Source of the DNA: an uncultured bacterium
Lineage (GTDB): Bacteria > Actinomycetota > Acidimicrobiia > Spongiisociales > UBA5794
Length of the DNA: 64,000 nucleotides
Reading direction: 5' to 3'
Assembly: GCA_963801165.1 (NCBI GenBank)
Contig: CAWDDT010000009.1
Location: 128,001 to 192,000, forward strand
The position numbers and the translations under genes are program-made. The notes under the pieces are model-generated. The model did not search any database. It saw only the letters and a program-made list of their open reading frames with translations, and was not told where the DNA came from. Shown here in pieces: positions 31,682 to 41,232 of the stretch (positions within the stretch are counted from its first letter, which is position 1; each line of letters begins with the position of its first letter).

Positions 31682-31870
31682 CTACTCGAGAGGCGCGACG
31701 CAGGGTCGGAGTTTGGTGTCGATCTTGATGATGTGATCCCGTACCCGGTTGCTCACCTCTTGCTGGGTCTCGATGGCGAGCGCATCGGTGACACCCTCGG
31801 ACTCGACCCGCTCGCTGATGCCCTTGAAGACCTCGAAAAAGGCGGCATGAGCGCGGATCGACCGATGTTG
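31682..31870 (-). pseudogene. Bacteriohemerythrin-like C-terminal fragment
   Basis: RAHAAFFEVF...LAIETQQEVSNRVRDHIIKIDTKL resembles H..H..F / W..HI...D; no N-terminal half seen. Confidence 0.45.
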
Positions 31871-31954
31871 GGGAAGAGCCGATCTCGCCCTTATGCGATG
31901 GGTGCAGTATGCCGATAGGTGATGTACCGTAGGTAATGCCGTGTGAGGTGGCGC

Positions 31955-32410
31955 ATGAATACCAAGAACTCGATAGTCATCGACCGTCCCATTGACGAAG
32001 TATTTGCCTACGTGAGCAACGTGGAGAATATGCCTCGCTGGGTTTCCGGCGTGCGCAAGGCCCGGCTGCTGTCGCACCGGTTGAAGGCAGGGGCCAAGTT
32101 CACCACCGAGTACGCCGAAGGGCTGCGCAGCACCCGGATCGATTTCAGCGTTGTGGAGTTCGACCCGCCCCGACGCTTCGTCGCCAAGTCGGAGCGGGGA
32201 CCCTTCTCGTTCCCATTCCGCGGCACCTTCGAGTTCCGCCCTGTTGACCACGGTACCGAGGTGATCACGGACATCGATACCGCAGGTGACAGCCTCGCCA
32301 ACCGGTTGGCCGATCTGCTATTCGGCCCGTTGGTGCGGCGGGGGTTTCAGCGCCGTCTCCAGGACGAGCTTCAGGCCCTGAAGGCCGGGGTCACTCGCTC
32401 CGCCCGTTAG
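31955..32410 (+). CDS. SRPBCC family protein
   Basis: SIVIDRPIDEVFAYVSN.ENMPRW; SD GAGGTG. Confidence 0.88.
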   Translation: MNTKNSIVIDRPIDEVFAYVSNVENMPRWVSGVRKARLLSHRLKAGAKFTTEYAEGLRSTRIDFSVVEFDPPRRFVAKSERGPFSFPFRGTFEFRPVDHGTEVITDIDTAGDSLANRLADLLFGPLVRRGFQRRLQDELQALKAGVTRSAR

Positions 32411-32624
32411 CCGGCCGATCACCGGGCGCCAGGCTGATCCGTGCTGCTCTCCGCGACCGAGCACGACATGGCCACATGGACGGAGACGAGAACAACGCGG
32501 ATCCCTACCGCTCAGGACGCTCCGGGTGCTCGAGTTTGGCGGTCCGATCACGGCGATGCGGTCCGACCGTGAGAATCACCTGGCTCTGTCACGCGGGCCG
32601 ACGTTTGTCGATGGTGCCGTGAAC

Positions 32625-32655
32625 GGGAAAGGCCGGCGGCTGTTGCCACCGGCCC
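32625..32655 (-). terminator. Hairpin terminator after tRNA-Pro
   Basis: Minus strand GGCCGGTGGC-AACA-GCCGCCGGCC then TTT. Confidence 0.55.
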
Positions 32656-32732
32656 TGGTCGGGACGGCCGGATTTGAACCGGCGACCTCATCGTCCCGAA
32701 CGATGCGCGCTACCAAGCTGCGCTACGTCCCG
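32656..32732 (-). tRNA. tRNA-Pro (anticodon CGG)
   Basis: CGGGACGTAGCGCAGCTTGGTAGCGC...CATCG-TTCGGGA-CGATG...GGTTCAAATCC...CCCGACCA, 77 nt cloverleaf. Confidence 0.96.
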
Positions 32733-32768
32733 AGAGGGGTCGATTGTAGCGCCAACTCAGGCGATCTC

Positions 32769-34016
32769 CTATCCCAGTCTCTCCACACGGATGCGGTCGA
32801 TGCGGTTTCGGTCCATCCGCATCACGACGAGCCGGTAGTCGTGGATGGTGAGCTGGTGCCCATCGCCGGGGATGTGCCCGGCGGTGGCCATGTATAGGCC
32901 GCCGATTGTCGAATAGGGTCCTTCGGGGAACTCGTGGTCGACCGCGGCATTGAAGTCGTCCATGGCCAGCCTGCCGTCGGCCATCCAGCGGCCCGGGCCG
33001 ATCTTGACGATCGAGGGGATCCCCGGGTCGTACTCGTCCTGGAGCTCGCCGACCAGTTCCGACACGAGATCCTTTATTGTGACCAGGCCCTCTACTCCGC
33101 CGTGCTCGTCGAGCACGAGCGCCATCGTGAACCGGCGCGCCCGCATGTCCTGTAGCACCCCTAACACCGCAGCCGACTCGGGCACGTAGTTGGGTTTGCG
33201 GATCAACCCGGCGATCGCCCGTGGTGACGGGTCACCCGTGAAACGCAGTACGTCCTTGACGTAGAGGATCCCGATCAGGTCGTCGAGGTTTCCTCCGGTG
33301 ACCGGGAATCGCGAGTGGGCGGCCTTGTTGACCGCGTCTCTCACGTCCTCGATCGTGACAGGGTCGCCGAGGGTCACGATGTCGACCCGGGGCGTCATCA
33401 CGTCGCGCACCGGCCGGTCGGCCAGGGTGAATAGGGCGTCAATGATTTCCCGTTCCGCCGCCTCGATCTCGCCGCCGGCTGCGCTCAACTCCGCCAATGC
33501 GAGGATGTCGGCCTCGGTCACCCCGCTGTACGGATCGCCGTGCATCCGGAACACCCGCAACAAACCCCTCGTCACCGCGGTGAAGAGACGGGCGATCGGG
33601 CGCATCACGAGCGACAGCCGCCAGATCGTCGGCGCGACCGCCAGCGAGAACCGTTCCGGGTAGCGGGCGGCGATCGTCTTCGGGGTGATCTCGCCGACTA
33701 TGAGCACGACGACCGTCACGACCAGCGTCGATACCCACGGCCCCCAGCGATCGCCGATGAGGGAGATGAACAGAGTGGTGGCAACCGCGGCTCCGAGAAT
33801 GTTGGCCAGGTTGTTGGCGACCAGCAACGTCGACAACAAGCGGTCGGGCTCGGCTACCAATTGGGCGACACGCTTGCCACGCCGCCCGGTCGCCGAGATC
33901 TGATGAACCCGCTCCCGGCCGATCCCGATCAATGCCGTCTCGGAGCCGGAGAAGAACCCCGAGCTGATCGCACAGATTGCAAGGATGCCGATATAGGCAA
34001 TGTGGGTTGGGCTCAT
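32769..34016 (-). CDS. Hemolysin/CNNM family protein (DUF21-CBS-CorC)
   Basis: FFSGSETA, GEITPK, VMTPR, HSRFPV, DEHGG, GELQDEYD. Confidence 0.92.
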   Translation of the reverse strand: MSPTHIAYIGILAICAISSGFFSGSETALIGIGRERVHQISATGRRGKRVAQLVAEPDRLLSTLLVANNLANILGAAVATTLFISLIGDRWGPWVSTLVVTVVVLIVGEITPKTIAARYPERFSLAVAPTIWRLSLVMRPIARLFTAVTRGLLRVFRMHGDPYSGVTEADILALAELSAAGGEIEAAEREIIDALFTLADRPVRDVMTPRVDIVTLGDPVTIEDVRDAVNKAAHSRFPVTGGNLDDLIGILYVKDVLRFTGDPSPRAIAGLIRKPNYVPESAAVLGVLQDMRARRFTMALVLDEHGGVEGLVTIKDLVSELVGELQDEYDPGIPSIVKIGPGRWMADGRLAMDDFNAAVDHEFPEGPYSTIGGLYMATAGHIPGDGHQLTIHDYRLVVMRMDRNRIDRIRVERLG

Positions 34017-34045
34017 GTCGCTGCGCAGTCTATGGAACCGGAGGT

Positions 34046-34417
34046 TCAGCCGGCGATCGCTTTCTCGATGGCCGTGCGGAGATCGTACGCAGAGAAGGGC
34101 TTGACCACCGACGCCGCTGCCCCGGCTCGCTTGGCCAGGAACGAGTCGGCCGTGCGATCGAGCAGCAGTACCACCGGCACTGCCTCCATGTCGGCCATGG
34201 CCGCCTGCTGGTGGATTTCCCTGGCGATCGCCATCCCGCCCATGCTTGCGACCTGGAGGTCGATGACCACGACGTCGGCGGGGTTGGTTGCCAGCAGCTC
34301 GACGATGGTGGTGGGATCGCTGTGGTCGATCAGTGTGAAATCGGGTTCGGTCAGCGCAGCGTGGACCTCGTTGCGGGGCCAGGCTTCGTCTGCGATGACG
34401 ATTACGCGAGATGGCAT
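34046..34417 (-). CDS. Single-domain response regulator (actinobacterial Rv3143-like)
   Basis: VVVIDLQVASMGG, LLLDR.AD, VVKPF. Confidence 0.85.
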   Translation of the reverse strand: MPSRVIVIADEAWPRNEVHAALTEPDFTLIDHSDPTTIVELLATNPADVVVIDLQVASMGGMAIAREIHQQAAMADMEAVPVVLLLDRTADSFLAKRAGAAASVVKPFSAYDLRTAIEKAIAG

Positions 34418-34479
34418 GGAGGAAAGCGTAGCGCGCCCGGTCGTCGGTACCGTATCCGAAATATGTACCATTCCCAGCC

Positions 34480-35763
34480 GTGTTGAGACGTATTCCCTTT
34501 TTCCTACTGTTGCTCGGCACCGTGTTGGCGGCCGTTCCTGCGCTGGCGCAGGACGCCCCCGCCGCCGGCCCGATCGCCGTCGCCGACGTACGCGGGCCGC
34601 TCGATCAGCGCGCCCTCGACTTCCTGGACGACGTGGTTCTGAACGAGGACGCCCAGCTCATCGTGCTCAAGGTCGACAACCCTGGCGTGGCCTCTGGTGA
34701 CATCAAGCCATTGCTCGACGACATTCGCGGTTCTGCAACCCCGGTGGTGGCCTGGGTGGGTCCTGAGGGTGCGGTGGCGTTCGGCGATACCGTCGGGATT
34801 CTCGATGCGGTCCAGGTCGCCGGGGGCGCACCCGGTGCCAGGTATGGGTTCTCCGACCCGATGTTCCACGGCGTGATCGATCGCGCCCGGCTTGAGGACG
34901 CACAATTCAATGACCTAACCGACTCGCAGCACGTGATCGAGGTGACCGACGACCGGCCCGGCTTCATCGTGCAACCGACGATCGGCCAGTTCATCGCAGC
35001 TCTCGACGGCATGCAGATAGAGACCTCGGCCGGTCCTGTGACCCTGGAGACCGCCAGGGAGGAGACCCGGCCCGGCGGCGTGGTCGTGATCACCTCCTCG
35101 GTTGATGTCCGGTTTCTCAAGCCGACGCTGCTGACCCGGTTTCTTCGGTTGGGGACCAGGCCCGATGCTGCGTTCTTCTTCCTGCTCGCCGGACTGGCCG
35201 TTGCCGCATTCGAGTTTTACGCCGCCGGCGCCGGTGTTGCCGCCGCGGTTGCCGCGCTGGCGCTGTTCCTCGCCGGTTACGGGTTCGCCACTCTGCCGGT
35301 GCACTGGTGGGCGGTTGTCACCGCGGTTGCCGGCATCGGGCTGGATACGTGGGATTTCCAGCGTCAGGAACTCGGCATCCGCACGATTGTGGGCACCATC
35401 CTCATGTTCAGTGGCGGTCTGGCGTTTGTTGGAGGGCCCCAGCAGATCAGCACCAGCTTCTGGGGCGTGCTGCTCACGGTGATCGGGATCACGTTGTTCT
35501 ATCTGTTTGCCATGACGACCATCGTCCGCTCCAGGTTTGGCACGCCAACCATCGGTAGGGAGCATCTCGTCGGTGCAGTTGGAACGGTCGAGTCCGTTCT
35601 CGACCCCGACGGTGTCGTGATCATCGAGGGGGCCAAATGGCGAGCCCGCGCTCATCGGGCGACGTCAGTTTCCGCGGGGGCCGAGATCGAGGTACTCTCG
35701 GTCGAAGGGATAACGCTCCAGGTGGCACCACACGAGGTCGCGAAATCCCAGCCAGATAATTGA
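34480..35763 (+). CDS. NfeD family membrane protein
   Basis: Signal peptide, Clp-like DNPG/PVVAWVGP, TM bundle, C-terminal OB fold (LDPDGVV.IEGAKWRA). Confidence 0.82.
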   Translation: MLRRIPFFLLLLGTVLAAVPALAQDAPAAGPIAVADVRGPLDQRALDFLDDVVLNEDAQLIVLKVDNPGVASGDIKPLLDDIRGSATPVVAWVGPEGAVAFGDTVGILDAVQVAGGAPGARYGFSDPMFHGVIDRARLEDAQFNDLTDSQHVIEVTDDRPGFIVQPTIGQFIAALDGMQIETSAGPVTLETAREETRPGGVVVITSSVDVRFLKPTLLTRFLRLGTRPDAAFFFLLAGLAVAAFEFYAAGAGVAAAVAALALFLAGYGFATLPVHWWAVVTAVAGIGLDTWDFQRQELGIRTIVGTILMFSGGLAFVGGPQQISTSFWGVLLTVIGITLFYLFAMTTIVRSRFGTPTIGREHLVGAVGTVESVLDPDGVVIIEGAKWRARAHRATSVSAGAEIEVLSVEGITLQVAPHEVAKSQPDN

Positions 35764-35850
35764 CGGAATATTCCTGGCGTAATCTGGAGTAGATGCCTAG
35801 CGTCCGGAATCCGGTACGTCCGCATTTCACCGTTGCGGGAGGAGGAGTTA

Positions 35851-36123
35851 GTGACGTCGATCGACCGTTCTTGGCAACCTGTAGCCCTCTGTCGGGGGAA
35901 CCATTCTCACCTCTTCTTTCCCCCGACAACCTCAGAACGCAAAGAGGAGAGGGAGCGAAGAGAACTACGGGCCAAAGCGGTGTGCCAGGTCTGTCCGGTA
36001 CAAGCCGACTGCCTGGACTACGCGCTGGAGTCGACCGAACAATACGGGATCTGGGGCGGCTTCACCGAGACGGAGCGCCGCCAACTCCCGGCCGCCCGCA
36101 AACGAGTCGCAGCAGCGGTCTGA
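35851..36123 (+). CDS. whiB: WhiB family transcriptional regulator
   Basis: ALC...FFP...AKAVCQVCPV...CL...GIWGG..ETER; SD GGAGGAGG. Confidence 0.93.
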   Translation: MTSIDRSWQPVALCRGNHSHLFFPPTTSERKEERERRELRAKAVCQVCPVQADCLDYALESTEQYGIWGGFTETERRQLPAARKRVAAAV

Positions 36124-36151
36124 CCGGCGAAGCTCCGACCCTGGGTATCCG

Positions 36152-37918
36152 CTACTGCCGCAGCGTCCTGACGTCGCCACGTCTGCGTGTCACGCCCTGT
36201 TTGTCGAGCCATTCCAACAGAGGCACAGCCTGGCGCCGCGTCACCCCGATCTGGTCCCGGAACCCGGCGACGGTGAACCCCTCCGGTAGTTGCCCGAGGG
36301 CGGCTCTGATCGTCTCCACCTGCTCGGGGAGATACACGAGATCGGCATCGATCCGGATCAGCTGTCCCTCGCGCACCAGGGCGTGCAGCAACTCCTGCTC
36401 CAACCCGAGGTGGCCGGCCCGGGGCACGTCGAGTCCCGCCCGCAGCATCTCCTGAGCGGTACGCCACGCCTCCTGTTCCGCAGGGGACAACCCGGGCTCG
36501 AAATCCGCAGTGCGAATCGTCGCTCCTTGATCGATGAGCCCGGCAGAGCCGGCCACCACCAGCGCTATCGATTCGGGCTCGCAACCCAGGGTCGTCGCTA
36601 GTTCGGCCTTCGGGATTCCGGGTCGCAGCCGGTGCTCCGTCTCGAACCTGCGGGTCGCCTTCACTATCTGGTCGAGTAGGTCGGCGGCCGCGGCATCACC
36701 CATCGCCCGCGAGCCCGCCCGGTAGCGAGTTCGGGGAACACCGCCGGCCGAGTCGCGGGCCAGGTCATCCAGATCGGCGGTGCCTCGAATCGACAGCAAT
36801 ACGTCGGCGACTCGATCGGGTCCTTCGGCGAGAGCTGCGCTCAGGGAGGGAGCTGATGCGCGAGCCCGCCTCCCGGAGCGGGGCGGATGTGGGTCGAGGA
36901 CAACTCCGCCGGCGACGACCGCCCGTCGCCCGGTTTCGCGCAAGATGAATCTGTTCCCGGCGCACAGCGGTACGGCGCGCCTGGTCTGGAGGAGCCCGAG
37001 GCCAGGCTCCAGGATCCGAAGCCGAACCGGCCATGCCCCACTCCCCATGTGCAGGTGGTACGCCCCCCGTGCCGTGAGCTCATCATCGAGCGACCGCACC
37101 GCCCGGAGCGCCACAAGGAACCGATCGGTGGTCGCAATCGACCCGGGCGGGGCGAGGAGCATGCCGCGTTCGGCGGTCTCGGTGCCTGCGAGATTGAGCG
37201 CGGTGCGGCTCCCGGGCGGAACCCACTGCGCCGGGGCGTCGTGGTGTTGCAGCCCGCGTACCCGAACCGCTACCCGTCCCGGCCACAGAGCCAGGTCGTC
37301 GCCCATGGCCACCGGGCCCCCCGCCAACGTCCCCGTTACAACGAGTCCGGCCCCGGTGATGTGAAAAGCCCGGTCGATCCAGAGGCGGGGCCGTCCCCGA
37401 TCGCCGGGCTCTCCGGCCGCCTCCAGTTGGGAGACAAGCGTCCGTTGCAGCTCGTCCATGCCGGTACCGGTCACCGGCGAGACCCGCACGATCGGCCACT
37501 CGCTTGCCGCCGTCCCCTCGGTCCGCTCCAGTACCTCGATCTCCGTGAGGTCGATGGTGTCGGCGTCGGCGAGATCGACTCTGGTCAGGGCAATGACTCC
37601 GTGCCCGATCTCGAGCAGGTCGAGCACGGACAGATGTTCCTCGGTCTGCGGCATCCACCCCTCGTCGGCGGCAACCACGAGGAGGGCCACGTCGATGGCG
37701 CCCATCCCGGCCAGCATGTTCTTGATGAACCGTTCGTGGCCGGGGACATCGACGAAACCCACGTCGAACCGGCCGAGCTGTGTCCAGGCGAACCCGAGAT
37801 CGATGGTCAGCCCACGTTCTTTCTCCTCTGCCCAGCGGTCCGGGTCCCGACCGGTGAGTGCCTCGATCAGCGTCGACTTGCCATGGTCGACATGTCCGGC
37901 GGTGGCGACGATTGGCAT
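36152..37918 (-). CDS. selB: Selenocysteine-specific elongation factor
   Basis: TAGHVDHGKS, TIDLGF, DVPGHERF, C-terminal winged helix TRRQAVPLLEWLD. Confidence 0.95.
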   Translation of the reverse strand: MPIVATAGHVDHGKSTLIEALTGRDPDRWAEEKERGLTIDLGFAWTQLGRFDVGFVDVPGHERFIKNMLAGMGAIDVALLVVAADEGWMPQTEEHLSVLDLLEIGHGVIALTRVDLADADTIDLTEIEVLERTEGTAASEWPIVRVSPVTGTGMDELQRTLVSQLEAAGEPGDRGRPRLWIDRAFHITGAGLVVTGTLAGGPVAMGDDLALWPGRVAVRVRGLQHHDAPAQWVPPGSRTALNLAGTETAERGMLLAPPGSIATTDRFLVALRAVRSLDDELTARGAYHLHMGSGAWPVRLRILEPGLGLLQTRRAVPLCAGNRFILRETGRRAVVAGGVVLDPHPPRSGRRARASAPSLSAALAEGPDRVADVLLSIRGTADLDDLARDSAGGVPRTRYRAGSRAMGDAAAADLLDQIVKATRRFETEHRLRPGIPKAELATTLGCEPESIALVVAGSAGLIDQGATIRTADFEPGLSPAEQEAWRTAQEMLRAGLDVPRAGHLGLEQELLHALVREGQLIRIDADLVYLPEQVETIRAALGQLPEGFTVAGFRDQIGVTRRQAVPLLEWLDKQGVTRRRGDVRTLRQ

Positions 37919-37919
37919 C

Positions 37920-39245
37920 TCAGGCCAGGGTCTCCGCCACGAGCAAGTCGTCGCCGGGGTCGACGGTGCGCAGGTCGATGATCAGCTCACCCTCGCGCCG
38001 TCTGGCGAGAATCGGTGGGGTGGCCGAGAGCAATCTGGCGAACAGCTCGTCGGCGTCGCCGTGGACGTGGAGATTGGGGGAGGCGATGGTTGCCCCGGGC
38101 ACGGAGCCGGCGCCCGGCACCGACTCCCCCCGGACGACGTCGCCCTTCCCGCCCAGCTTGTCGAGAAGTTGCCGGTGACGCCGCTCCAGCTCGTCGTAGT
38201 CGAGAGAGACCATCGCCCAAAACGGGATCTCCCCGCCCCGGTCGTCTGCATACAGCTCGAGGGTTCTCGCCAGCGCAGCGTGGGTGGCCCCGTCGATTCG
38301 CAATGCCCGCGCCAGCGGGTGGCGGGCCATCCGCTCGATTAGGTCGGTGCGGCCGACGGCGATACCGGTCTGCGGGCCTCCCAGAAGCTTGTCACCGGAG
38401 AAGAGGACGACATCGGCTCCGGCCTCGAGAGTCTGGCGCACCGCAGGCTCGTCGGCGAGCCAGGCGGGTGGGCTTCCCGGCAACCAGGGAACGTTCGCAT
38501 CGAGCAGACCGCTGCCGATGTCGGCGATGAGCGGAACGCCGTGACGCCGCGCCGGTTCGACGAGATCCGCGAGCGGCGTCGACTCGGCGAAACCCTGCAC
38601 CCGGTAGTTGGAGGGGTGGACCTTGAGGATCGCCGCCGCGGTCTCGATCTCCCGCTTGTAGTCCTCCAGCCGGGTCCGGTTGGTCGTCCCCACCTCGACG
38701 AGCCGGCACCCGGAGGCGATCATCAGCTCGGGTAGACGGAAGGAACCGCCGATTTCGATCTCCTCGCCGCGGGACACAACGGCGCTTCCCGAGCCGGCGA
38801 TCGCCGCCAGCGCCAGCAGCAGGGCCCCGGCGTTGTTGTTGACGACGAGGGCGGCTGCGGCTCCGGTCAGCGCCTGGAGCAGGTGTTTCGCATAAGCGGC
38901 GCGGCTGCCTCTGGCCCCGGTGCCGACATCGAACTCGACGTTGCTGTAGCCGGTGGCGGTTTCGGTGGCTGCCACCACGGCGTCCACGGGCAAGCGAGCC
39001 CGACCGAGGTTGGTGTGGAGCAGGACCCCGGTGGCGTTGACGATTCGGGTGGGGCGGGTAGAGGCGATCGTCGTTGCGATCTCGATTGCGTGGCTGGTCG
39101 GATCGGGGGAGCCGCCCTTGCGAATCTCGCTACGGGCCGCCTCGACGGCGGTGCGGGCGACGGTGGTGGCGAGCCTGCGGGGCAAACCACGCGCACCCAG
39201 CTCGGTGGCGAGGTCGTCGACCCGGGGAAGGTTCTGCAAATCCAT
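37920..39245 (-). CDS. selA: L-seryl-tRNA(Sec) selenium transferase
   Basis: NATGVLLHTNLGRA, EIGGSFR, EVGTTNRT, FSGDKLLGGPQ. Confidence 0.95.
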   Translation of the reverse strand: MDLQNLPRVDDLATELGARGLPRRLATTVARTAVEAARSEIRKGGSPDPTSHAIEIATTIASTRPTRIVNATGVLLHTNLGRARLPVDAVVAATETATGYSNVEFDVGTGARGSRAAYAKHLLQALTGAAAALVVNNNAGALLLALAAIAGSGSAVVSRGEEIEIGGSFRLPELMIASGCRLVEVGTTNRTRLEDYKREIETAAAILKVHPSNYRVQGFAESTPLADLVEPARRHGVPLIADIGSGLLDANVPWLPGSPPAWLADEPAVRQTLEAGADVVLFSGDKLLGGPQTGIAVGRTDLIERMARHPLARALRIDGATHAALARTLELYADDRGGEIPFWAMVSLDYDELERRHRQLLDKLGGKGDVVRGESVPGAGSVPGATIASPNLHVHGDADELFARLLSATPPILARRREGELIIDLRTVDPGDDLLVAETLA

Positions 39246-39282
39246 GTGGCAGAGCCTACCCATACCGTTATCCTCGGATGTC

Positions 39283-39660
39283 ATGCGTCCCCGAACCTCG
39301 CTGTTCCTAGCTTTCCTTCTCGTGCCACCCATCGAGATCGGTCTCTTCATCGTCGTCGGTGGCTGGATCGGGCTGTGGCCGACGGTCGGCATCGTCCTGC
39401 TCACCGCTTTCCTCGGTGCTCGTCTCGTGTCGAGGCAGGGGCGTGGCGTGCTGGGACAGTTGCGTGCCGAATTCGTCGCCGGACAGTTCCCGGCCACGAC
39501 GCTGGCCCACGGAGCGATGATCCTCATCTCCGGTGCCCTGCTGCTCACGCCCGGTTTCCTGACGGACCTCATCGGATTCTCCCTGCTGTCACCCCAGATC
39601 CGGGAGGCACTCCGCAAATGGGCGGTGCGCCGGTGGTCCAACCGGATCACCATCCTGTGA
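39283..39660 (+). CDS. fxsA: FxsA family membrane protein
   Basis: VPPIEIG, LLLTPGFLTD. Confidence 0.88.
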   Translation: MRPRTSLFLAFLLVPPIEIGLFIVVGGWIGLWPTVGIVLLTAFLGARLVSRQGRGVLGQLRAEFVAGQFPATTLAHGAMILISGALLLTPGFLTDLIGFSLLSPQIREALRKWAVRRWSNRITIL

Positions 39661-40457
39661 CGAGCGAACCACGTCCTTCGGCGACAGCGTGTGTTCTCCA
39701 CCAGACGGCTGCGGGCATCGAGGTGTTGATGGTGCGCCGCAGCAGCTCCGCCCGGTTCATGGCTGGTGCCTGGGTATTTCCCGGCGGTGCCGTCGATCCC
39801 GAGGACCACGATCCTGAGAACCTCGCATTGCTCGACGGCTTCCCCGTCGGCTCCGAGAACGGACCGTGGTTGGCAGCGGCGTTTCGCGAGGTCGTCGAGG
39901 AGACGGGGATCTGGCTAACCCGACCGCCCCGTGTCGAGCCGCTCAACGACATAGGTGTCTTTGCGACGGCGCACCGACAGGGTCGCGCTTTCGCGGCCGA
40001 TGCCGCGGTGTACTTCGCCAATTGGGTGACGCCTTCCATGGTCCCGGTACGGTTCGACGCCCGTTTCTTCATCGTCGCCATCGAAGATCGCGTCGTCCCG
40101 CACCCCGACGGGCTCGAGATAGACGCAGCCGAGTACGTCGCCCCCACAGAGGCGCTGCGCCGCGCCGCCGCCGGCGAGTGGCTAGTGCCATTCCCGACGC
40201 AGCGGACGCTGCACGATCTCGCTGGATTCCGTTCCGTCCCGGCCGCGCTCGAGGAGTGGCGGCACCGCCCTGTCGTTCGGGTCCAACCCAGGCTGCGCGT
40301 AGGCGATGGTGGGGCACTCGAGGTGGTGATGCCGGGCGAACCCGGCTTTGATGAGCTCGAAGATGCCGGCCCGGATCCGGAGGCACTGGCTCAGGCGGCA
40401 CGCGTCGCTGCCGGAAACGGCAGCCCGGTTGTGGAGGTTGCCCGTGGCGAGGATTGA
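39657..40457 (+). CDS. NUDIX hydrolase
   Basis: VFPGG...AAFREVVEETGI, WVTP, RFDARFF. Confidence 0.9.
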   Translation: MTSEPRPSATACVLHQTAAGIEVLMVRRSSSARFMAGAWVFPGGAVDPEDHDPENLALLDGFPVGSENGPWLAAAFREVVEETGIWLTRPPRVEPLNDIGVFATAHRQGRAFAADAAVYFANWVTPSMVPVRFDARFFIVAIEDRVVPHPDGLEIDAAEYVAPTEALRRAAAGEWLVPFPTQRTLHDLAGFRSVPAALEEWRHRPVVRVQPRLRVGDGGALEVVMPGEPGFDELEDAGPDPEALAQAARVAAGNGSPVVEVARGED

Positions 40458-41232
40458 GCGGGTGCTGGCCCCAAACCCGGGGCCGTTCACGGGCCCGGGC
40501 ACGAACACGTATATCCTCGAGTCCGGTGGAGCCGCGCTGGTGCTCGACCCGGGCCCGGTGATCGTCGAGCACCTTCGCGCCATCCGGACTGCTCTCACCG
40601 GGCTGCATCCTGTCGCCGTGGTGGTGACGCATACCCATCCCGACCACGCTCCTACGGCGAACGGGCTCGGCCGTGAGCTCAACGTCCCAGTTTTCGGCTT
40701 CGCCCCCGGCAGCGAGTTCGAGCCAACCGATCTCCTGGAGGACGGCGGAGAAGTCGTGTTCGGGGGCGATCGCCTGATTGCTGTGCACACACCCGGGCAC
40801 ACTTCCGACCATCTCTGCTTCAGGCTCGGTCGCCACCTCTTCACCGGTGACCACATCATGGGCGGATCCACTGTGATCATCGACGATGCGGCCGCCTACA
40901 TGAGGTCGCTCCGCAAGATCGCCGCGCTCGAGCCCGATCGGCTCTATCCCGGCCACGGTCCCGAGCTGCCCGAAGCGGGTCAGGTGATCGCCGAGTACAT
41001 CGACCATCGGGTAGCGAGAGAGCAGCAGATACTCGTCGCCGTTGCCGGCGGTGCGGCGACGATCGGTGAGATCGTCGATGCCGTGTACGCCGGTCTCGAC
41101 CCGTCGTTGCGGTTGGCGGCGACTATCCAGGTACATACCCAGTTGATAAAGCTAAGGGACGAAGGTCGGGTATCTTTGGGTGCCGGTGGTGCCCACGGGG
41201 CAACGGTCGTCGAGCGTGTGGAGACGCCGTGA
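40444..41232 (+). CDS. MBL-fold metallo-hydrolase (LACTB2-like)
   Basis: APNPGPFTGPGTNTY, THTHPDH, TPGH, FTGDH. Confidence 0.92.
   Translation: MARIERVLAPNPGPFTGPGTNTYILESGGAALVLDPGPVIVEHLRAIRTALTGLHPVAVVVTHTHPDHAPTANGLGRELNVPVFGFAPGSEFEPTDLLEDGGEVVFGGDRLIAVHTPGHTSDHLCFRLGRHLFTGDHIMGGSTVIIDDAAAYMRSLRKIAALEPDRLYPGHGPELPEAGQVIAEYIDHRVAREQQILVAVAGGAATIGEIVDAVYAGLDPSLRLAATIQVHTQLIKLRDEGRVSLGAGGAHGATVVERVETP

Noticed and set aside
32656-32700. tRNA-anchored genomic island
   Set aside because: No duplicate of the tRNA 3' end and no integrase seen in the window
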